Assembly: GCA_963710625.1 (NCBI GenBank)
Contig: CAVQBG010000024.1
Location: forward strand, 52,422-116,421
Length of the DNA: 64,000 bases
Reading direction: 5' to 3'
DNA from: Ilumatobacteraceae bacterium
GTDB lineage: Bacteria > Actinomycetota > Acidimicrobiia > Acidimicrobiales > Ilumatobacteraceae
Shown: in pieces, positions 57,852 to 64,000 of the stretch
Numbering within the stretch: the first letter of the stretch is position 1
Layout of the letters: each line of letters starts with the position of its first letter
Translations under genes and position numbers: made by a program
The notes under the pieces: generated by a model
Database searches by the model: none
What the model was told of the DNA's origin: nothing
Seen by the model: the letters and a program-made list of their open reading frames with translations, nothing else

Positions 57852-58028
57852 GTAACGCAATTGTAACGTCACGTCGGGAGGTGAGGCGGTCACCACGGGT
57901 GATTCTTCGTCACTCCGGTCGGCCGTCTTGACCGTTTCTTGCCGACCCCCCCCGATTCTCGTGAACAACTGCGCCGCTCAGGCGCCCATTGGTTCACGCG
58001 AACGGCCGGTGCGCGGGGCGGAGTTCGT

Positions 58029-58484
58029 TCAGGTGCGGGGCGGTACGGCGGCGACGGCGAGTTGGTCGACGAGGTCGTTCATCGGATCGCCACTGTGACC
58101 CTTGACCCAGCGGAACGACACGTCGCCGGCCTGGACGAGCTCGATCAGCGGTTCCCACAGGTCGACGTTGGCGACCGGCTCCTTCTTGGAGTTGCGCCAA
58201 CCGTTGCGCTGCCACTTCACCCACCACTTGTCGCGGAAGCAGTGCACGACGTACGTCGAGTCCGACACGATCTCGATGGGCATCGGCGCCCCGTGATCGT
58301 CGGCGAGGTGCGCATGGGCCCGCAGGGCATCGAGGACCGCGTGGATCTCCATGCGCTGGTTGGTCGTACGATCCTCCCCACCGGAACCGTGTGGTTCCCC
58401 CTCCGGGGCGACGGCCCACGCCCACCCACCCGGCCCGGGATTCCCACTGCAGGCGCCGTCGGTGTAGATCACGAGTTGTTGCAC
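58029..58484 (-). CDS. rnhA: Ribonuclease HI
   Basis: VIYTDGACSGNPGPGGWA...TNQRMEIHAV...SDSTYV...WVKGHSGDPMNDLVDQLA. GTG start assumed. Confidence 0.85.
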   Translation of the reverse strand: MQQLVIYTDGACSGNPGPGGWAWAVAPEGEPHGSGGEDRTTNQRMEIHAVLDALRAHAHLADDHGAPMPIEIVSDSTYVVHCFRDKWWVKWQRNGWRNSKKEPVANVDLWEPLIELVQAGDVSFRWVKGHSGDPMNDLVDQLAVAAVPPRT

Positions 58485-58542
58485 GGCCAGGAACCTACCG
58501 ACACCGGTGCGTACCGATCGGTAACACTGCGAGACTGGCCGA

Positions 58543-61266
58543 ATGATTTTCGACGGCCACGTCCACCAGCTGCCCGACATCGATCCGACCGAGACCCGGG
58601 AATGGTTGGACAGCCTCGATGCCGTCGTCGACACCCAGGGCAAGACGCGGGCGCGCTACCTCCTGAGCCGCCTGATGGAGCGCGCCACCGAGAGCCAGGT
58701 GTCGTTCCCGGCCACCGTGTCGACCCCGTACGTCAACACGATCCCCCGTGAGCAGGAGCCGTGGTTCCCCGGCGACGAGCACATCGAGCGTCGCATCCGG
58801 GCCTACATCCGGTGGAACGCGGCGATGATGGTCGTGCGGGCCAACAAGGCCGCCGACGGCATCGGCGGCCACCTGTCGACGTTCGCCAGCTCGGCGTCGC
58901 TGTACGAGATCGGCTTCAACCACTTCTTCCGGGGCAAGGACGACGGCACGCCCGGCGACCACGTGTACTACCAGGGCCACGCCGCGCCCGGCATCTACGC
59001 GCGCGCCTTCCTCGAGGGCCGTCTGAGCGAGGACGACCTCGACCACTTCCGCCGAGAGATCGGCCGCCCGGGCCGGGGCCTGTCGTCGTATCCACACCCG
59101 CGCCTGATGCCGGACTTCTGGGAGTTCCCCACCGTGTCGATGGGCCTCGGCCCGATCTCGGCGCTCTACCACGCCCGCTTCAACCGGTACCTCCAGAACC
59201 GCCACATCGACGACACCAGCGGCAGTCGCGTCTGGGCATTCCTCGGCGACGGCGAGACCGACGAGCCCGAGACCCTCGGCGCGATCTCCCTCGCCTCCCG
59301 TGAACAGCTCGACAACCTGATCTTCGTCGTCAACTGCAACCTGCAGCGCCTCGACGGCCCGGTGCGAGGCAACGGCAAGGTCATCCAGGAGTTGGAAGCC
59401 ACCTTCCGCGGTGCCGGATGGAACGTCATCAAGGTCATCTGGGGCTCGAAGTGGGACGACCTGCTCGCCCAGGACAAGGACGGCATCCTCCTCAACCAGA
59501 TGAACACCACCGTCGACGGCGAGTTCCAGCGCTACGCGATCGAGAACGGCGGGTACATCCGCGACAACTTCTTCGGGCCCGACGAACGCCTCCGCAAGAT
59601 GGTCGCCGACCTCACCGACGACGAACTCCGCTCGCTGCCCCGCGGCGGGCACGATTACCGCAAGCTCTATGCGGCCTACAAGGCAGCCACCGAGAACCTC
59701 GGGTCCGGTCGCCCGACGGTGATCCTCTGCAAGACGGTGAAGGGCTGGACGCTCGGGCCTGGTTTCGAGGGTCGAAACTCGACGCACCAGATCAAGAAGA
59801 TGACCAAGGATCAGATCCTGGCGATGCGCGACCGTCTGCATCTCGAGGACGTCGTGCCCGACGAGGGTCTCGACGCCGACCACCCGCCCTACATCAAGCT
59901 CGCAAAGGACTCCGTGGAGTTCCAGTACATGATGGAGCGACGCAAGGCGCTCGACGGGTCGATTCCGAAGCGGACCACCGTCGCACGGCGTCCGCTCGAC
60001 CTGCCGGGCGACGGCCCGTTCGCCGAGATGCGTGCCGGCTCGAACGGCCAGGAGGTGTCGACCACCATGGCCTTCACCCGACTGCTGCGCGGTCTCGCGC
60101 GAGACGAACACATCGGCCCGCGCGTCGTTCCCATCATCCCCGATGAAGCCCGGACGTTCGGCATGGACGCGCTCTTCCGCGAGCTCAACATCTACGCGTC
60201 GCAGGGCCAGAAGTACGAGCCGGTCGACCACGACCTCCTGCTGTCGTACTCCGAGTCGACGAAGGGCCAGATCCTCGAGGAGGGCATCACCGAAGCGGGC
60301 TCGATGGCGAGCTTCATCGCCGCCGGCACCGCCTACTCCACTCGTGGCGTCCCGATGGTTCCCTTCTACACGTTCTATTCGATGTTCGGTTTCCAGCGTG
60401 TGGGCGACCTCATCTGGCAGGCGGCCGACATGCGGACGCGCGGTTTCCTGATGGCCGCCACCGCAGGACGCACCACGCTGCTCGGCGAAGGGCTCCAACA
60501 CCAGGACGGCCACAGCCTCGTGCTCGCCTCCACCGTGCCGTTCGTCCAGGCCTACGACCCGGCGTTCGCCTACGAGGTCGGCGCCATCGTGCAGGCGGGG
60601 ATGGTGCGGATGTTCGGCGGTGGGGCCCCGGAACAAACCGACGTCTTCTACTACATCACCCTCTACAACGAGAACTACGAGATGCCGCCGATGCCCGACA
60701 CACCGGGCCTCGCCGAGGCAATCGTCGAAGGGTTGTACAAGTACGCCGATGCCCCGACGGGCCCGACGATTCCGGCGACCATCCTCTTCTCGGGGACGGC
60801 GCACACCGCCGCCCGTGAGGCGGTGGCCGAACTCGCAGAGCACTACGACGTCGCCACCGAACTCTGGTCGGCCACGTCGTACAAGGCGCTGCGCGAGGAG
60901 GCGTTGGCCGCGGAGCGATGGAACCGGCTGCATCCCTCGAAGGAGCCGAAGGTGCCCCGGGTGGCGCAGATCCTCGCCGATTCGCAGGGCCCGATCATCG
61001 CCGTGTCGGACTTCATGAAGATCGTGCCCGAGCAGGTCCAGCGATTCGTGCACGATCGCACCTTCGTACCGCTCGGCACCGACGGCATGGGACGCTCCGA
61101 CACCCGCGAGGCGCTCCGGCGCCACTTCGAGGTCGACACCGGCCACGTGGTACTCGCCGTGCTCGACGGTCTCCTCGCCGACGGCAAGATCGACGAGTCC
61201 GTGGTCGAGGACGCGATCGCCCGCTACGACATCGACCCCGAAGCGATCGACCCCTACCTCGCCTGA
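58543..61266 (+). CDS. aceE: Pyruvate dehydrogenase E1 component, homodimeric type
   Basis: DPTETREWLDSLDAVV...YVNTIP...GGHLSTFASSA...GDGETDEPE. 907 aa. Confidence 0.92.
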   Translation: MIFDGHVHQLPDIDPTETREWLDSLDAVVDTQGKTRARYLLSRLMERATESQVSFPATVSTPYVNTIPREQEPWFPGDEHIERRIRAYIRWNAAMMVVRANKAADGIGGHLSTFASSASLYEIGFNHFFRGKDDGTPGDHVYYQGHAAPGIYARAFLEGRLSEDDLDHFRREIGRPGRGLSSYPHPRLMPDFWEFPTVSMGLGPISALYHARFNRYLQNRHIDDTSGSRVWAFLGDGETDEPETLGAISLASREQLDNLIFVVNCNLQRLDGPVRGNGKVIQELEATFRGAGWNVIKVIWGSKWDDLLAQDKDGILLNQMNTTVDGEFQRYAIENGGYIRDNFFGPDERLRKMVADLTDDELRSLPRGGHDYRKLYAAYKAATENLGSGRPTVILCKTVKGWTLGPGFEGRNSTHQIKKMTKDQILAMRDRLHLEDVVPDEGLDADHPPYIKLAKDSVEFQYMMERRKALDGSIPKRTTVARRPLDLPGDGPFAEMRAGSNGQEVSTTMAFTRLLRGLARDEHIGPRVVPIIPDEARTFGMDALFRELNIYASQGQKYEPVDHDLLLSYSESTKGQILEEGITEAGSMASFIAAGTAYSTRGVPMVPFYTFYSMFGFQRVGDLIWQAADMRTRGFLMAATAGRTTLLGEGLQHQDGHSLVLASTVPFVQAYDPAFAYEVGAIVQAGMVRMFGGGAPEQTDVFYYITLYNENYEMPPMPDTPGLAEAIVEGLYKYADAPTGPTIPATILFSGTAHTAAREAVAELAEHYDVATELWSATSYKALREEALAAERWNRLHPSKEPKVPRVAQILADSQGPIIAVSDFMKIVPEQVQRFVHDRTFVPLGTDGMGRSDTREALRRHFEVDTGHVVLAVLDGLLADGKIDESVVEDAIARYDIDPEAIDPYLA

Positions 61267-61271
61267 TTGTC

Positions 61272-61361
61272 ACGCCAGGGGTCAGACCCCCGGCGTAACG
61301 CACTCGCCGCCGCAGTACTGCACGCCGCCTGTTACGCCGGGGGTCTGACCCCTGGCGTAAC
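61272..61361. repeat. REP-like palindromic element pair (same family as 21252-21334)
   Basis: 61272-61299 and 61331-61358 are perfect reverse complements (28 bp) separated by 31 nt. Each copy is itself near-palindromic. Confidence 0.9.
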
Positions 61362-61383
61362 GGTGTGCGACGATGAGACCTCT

Positions 61384-62013
61384 GTGAACGCGTACTACGA
61401 GACCCGACTCGCTCCCGATCCGAACCGTGCGGAGGTGTGGCGGCATGTCGCGGCCTATCTGGCCCCATGGGTGGACCCGAACGGTGCCCTGCTCGATCTG
61501 GCCGCGGGGTACGCCGACGTCACCCGATCGTCGGTCGCATCGCGCAAGGTCGCGATCGACTCCAACCCGACGCTCCCCGAACTGGTGGGCGACGGCATCG
61601 AAGCGATCGTCGGTGACGCCACGGACCTCTCGTCGTTCGACGACGGCGAGTTCTCGACGGTGATCGCCAGCAACTTCGTCGAACACCTCGACCACGACGC
61701 CGTCGATTCGCTCCTCGACGGCGTCCATCGCGTGCTGCGCTCCGGTGGGCGGCTGATCCTGATCCAGCCGAATTTCCGTCTCGCGCCGCGGCGCTACTTC
61801 GACGACTACACCCACCGAACGATCTGGACCGACACGTCGCTCGGCGACCTGCTCGTCGCCCGCGGATTCAGGCTCGCCCGGGTCGAAGCCCGCTTCCTCC
61901 CGTTGACGATGAAGTCGCGCCTGTCGTTCGGTCACCGCCTCGTGCCGCTGTACCTCCGCCTGCCGTACCGTCCGCTCGCCGGCCAGATGCTCCTGATCGC
62001 CGAGCGGCCGTGA
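61384..62013 (+). CDS. Class I SAM-dependent methyltransferase
   Basis: LLDLAAGYADV...FSTVIASNFVEHL...LRSGGRLILIQPN. Start uncertain: GTG at 61384 or 61363. The upstream part of the ORF is repeat-derived. Confidence 0.7.
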   Translation: MNAYYETRLAPDPNRAEVWRHVAAYLAPWVDPNGALLDLAAGYADVTRSSVASRKVAIDSNPTLPELVGDGIEAIVGDATDLSSFDDGEFSTVIASNFVEHLDHDAVDSLLDGVHRVLRSGGRLILIQPNFRLAPRRYFDDYTHRTIWTDTSLGDLLVARGFRLARVEARFLPLTMKSRLSFGHRLVPLYLRLPYRPLAGQMLLIAERP

Positions 62014-62049
62014 GCGTCACCCGGCGCCCGTGAACCTCCAACGGGTAGC

Positions 62050-62652
62050 GTGGCCTCCATGGCTGCTGGGACGCTGTACATCACCGGCGACAAGTCCGCC
62101 GACGCTCTCCTGAACCGCGACGGCACGGCGCTGCTGATCGGCATGCTGCTCGATCAGCAGGTGCCGATGGAGTGGGCCTTCGCCGGCCCGGCGACGCTGA
62201 AGGAGCGACTCGGTCATCTCGACGCGAAGAAGATCGCCGCAATGGACGTCGAGGAGTTCGTCGCCGTGTGCTGCGAGAAGCCCGCCATCCACCGGTTCCC
62301 GGCATCGATGGGCCGCCGCATCCACGAGATGTGCATGATGCTGACCGATCGATACGGCGGCAAGGGCGCCAACGTCTGGAAGGGCGTCGAGTCGGGCGAC
62401 GAGTTGTACGCCCGGCTGCGCGAACTCCCGGGATACGGCGAGGAGAAGTCGAAGATCTTCGTGGCGATCCTCGGCAAGCGGATGCACGTCGAGCCAGCCG
62501 ATTGGCGCACGGCCGCCGGAGTGTTCGGCGATGATGTACCGCGCTCGGTCGCCGACATCGACGGGCCGGAGACGCTCGGGAAGGTTCGGGAATGGAAGAA
62601 GGCGCAGAAGGCGGCGAAGAAGGACAAGCAGGGGCGAGCCACGCCCGGCTGA
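62050..62652 (+). CDS. HhH-GPD-type base-excision-repair-like protein
   Basis: ALLIGMLLDQQVPMEWAF...RELPGYGEEKSKIFVAILGKR, with a Lys-rich tail. Confidence 0.7.
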   Translation: MASMAAGTLYITGDKSADALLNRDGTALLIGMLLDQQVPMEWAFAGPATLKERLGHLDAKKIAAMDVEEFVAVCCEKPAIHRFPASMGRRIHEMCMMLTDRYGGKGANVWKGVESGDELYARLRELPGYGEEKSKIFVAILGKRMHVEPADWRTAAGVFGDDVPRSVADIDGPETLGKVREWKKAQKAAKKDKQGRATPG

Positions 62653-64000
62653 CCGCCGCCGCGCCGTTCGCAGTCGTCGCCGTCGTCGGCCTCTGGCTCA
62701 CACGGTCGTTCTGGGTGCCGGGAAGCTACGTCGTCGGCTTCGACACCTACGCCTACTCCGGCCCCAACCTCGAGGTCACCGAGCGAGCGCTGCGCAACTG
62801 GCGGCTGCCCGTGCTCAACGACCTGATCTTCGGGGGAGTCCCGCATCTCGGGAACCCGTCGGCGCTCGCTCTCTACCCGCTGCAGTGGCTGACGCTGCCA
62901 TTCGGCACCAATCGCTCGATGGGATTGCTCGTCGCCGCCCACGTCGTCCTGCTGGGCGTCGGCATGGTGGTCCTGGCGCGACGTCTCGGGGTCAGCCACG
63001 TCGGCTCGGCCGTGGCGGCCGTGATCGCGATGGCGGCGGGCTCCACACTCACCAAGTCGATCCAGTTCGAGCAGATCCTGGTGCTCGCATGGATCCCGCT
63101 CCTCCTGGCGACGATCCACGCGGTACTCACGTCCGACCGGCCGTGGCGGGCGGTGGCCGGGCTCTCCGCGACCACCGCCGCGATCCTGCTCGCCGGGCAC
63201 CCGCAACTCGTCTACGAGGCCGCGTTCCTCGCCCTTGCCGCCGTCGTCGGCTTCGCCATCGACGATCGCCGCTGGCGCCGACTCCCCCACGTCGCCGCCG
63301 GCGCCGCGCTCGGTGTGTGCATTGCGCTCCCCCAATTGGTGGCGGTGCTGTACGCCACCGCCGACAGCGCGATCACCGGTGGCCGGGACGCCGACCAGCT
63401 GCTCTCCCCGGCACTGTCGCTGCAGCCGCAGTACGCCGCGCGGGCACTGCTCGGCACCGTCCAGGATCGCGATCCGGCGGCGTTCGCCGGCGGGTTCGAG
63501 AACATCGCATTCGTCGGAGTCGTCGTGGCCATCCTCGCGGTCGTCGGTCTGGCACAGGCGCTGCTCGACCGTCGATCTCGTCCGTGGGCCATCTCGCTGT
63601 CGGTCGCCGCGATGCTCGCTCTCGTGTGGGCAACCGGCCCGCGCTCCGCGGTCTTCCGCGTCGCATTCGACCTGCTCCCTGGTTTCGACCTCGCTCGGGC
63701 GTCCGCGAGGTGGCTGGTGGTCGTCGTCCTCGTCGCCGCCCTGTTCGCCGGCACCGGTGTCGACACCGCATGCAGGGGCGTCCGCCGATTCCACCTCGGC
63801 GCGGCCGTCGGAGCGGTCCTCCTCGGCGGCGGACTCCTCGCCGTCGGACCATTGATCGTCGCCGACCGGCGGTCCGCCGCGATCTGGACCATGTCGGCCG
63901 TCGCCGCGGTCGCCGCCCTGGTCGTCACCGGGTTGCGGAACCGCTCGACGGTCGCGCGCGGTGGGGCGGTGGTGCTGATCTGTCTTGCCGCGCTCGAGTT
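62592..64000 (+). CDS. Large polytopic membrane protein, 3'-truncated at window edge (not in the supplied ORF track)
   Basis: My own translation of the frame containing 62649 is open to the window end. It shows many TM helices (LTAAAPFAVVAVVGLWL..., MGLLVAAHVVLLGVGMVVLA..., ILVLAWIPLLLATI...). Start uncertain; ATG 62592 overlaps the upstream gene by 61 nt. Confidence 0.55.
   Translation, partial: MEEGAEGGEEGQAGASHARLTAAAPFAVVAVVGLWLTRSFWVPGSYVVGFDTYAYSGPNLEVTERALRNWRLPVLNDLIFGGVPHLGNPSALALYPLQWLTLPFGTNRSMGLLVAAHVVLLGVGMVVLARRLGVSHVGSAVAAVIAMAAGSTLTKSIQFEQILVLAWIPLLLATIHAVLTSDRPWRAVAGLSATTAAILLAGHPQLVYEAAFLALAAVVGFAIDDRRWRRLPHVAAGAALGVCIALPQLVAVLYATADSAITGGRDADQLLSPALSLQPQYAARALLGTVQDRDPAAFAGGFENIAFVGVVVAILAVVGLAQALLDRRSRPWAISLSVAAMLALVWATGPRSAVFRVAFDLLPGFDLARASARWLVVVVLVAALFAGTGVDTACRGVRRFHLGAAVGAVLLGGGLLAVGPLIVADRRSAAIWTMSAVAAVAALVVTGLRNRSTVARGGAVVLICLAALE

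Noticed and set aside
1-64000. A search by eye for tRNA, rRNA, transposase/integrase genes and toxin-antitoxin pairs in the intergenic gaps.
   Set aside because: I saw no T-loop (GGTTCGAATCC-like) or rRNA-like sequences, and all gaps are under 250 nt. This visual scan cannot exclude small RNAs.

Overview
High-GC (~70%) actinobacterial-type chromosomal segment, possibly Acidimicrobiia-like (a guess). It is densely coding, and I found no rRNA, tRNA, CRISPR array, transposase or integrase by eye. Coding content, in order:
(1) The 3' end of an NRPS, translationally coupled to glycosyltransferases. Next to it are a complete pseudaminic-acid (pseBC-GH-I-F) operon, a GT52-like transferase and an ABC exporter.
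(2) An SOS mutasome: dnaE2 and imuA'-imuB, each with a LexA box. The two parts are separated by a three-gene block bounded by related long hairpins and a telomere-like G-tract repeat.
(3) A CarH/LitR-type B12 photoreceptor-like regulator.
(4) A yehLMPQ-like SWIM / DUF5691 / MoxR-AAA / DUF5682 / VWA cluster of unknown function. It carries an inserted DUF222-HNH gene and a frameshifted DUF5682 gene.
(5) A lipoate/2-oxoacid dehydrogenase block (lipB-lipA in one ORF, E2, lpd), with aceE further along.
(6) A TlpA-like lipoprotein whose CxxC position reads TGA-x-x-C with a downstream hairpin. This is my top candidate: a selenocysteine-recoded gene that the ORF track splits in two.
(7) Two tandem paralogous giant secreted SpoIID-domain cell-wall proteins with triplicated C-terminal modules.
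Non-coding signals include a REP-like palindromic element family at two loci and several operator-like repeats. Family names come from motif recognition by eye and memory, not from searches.
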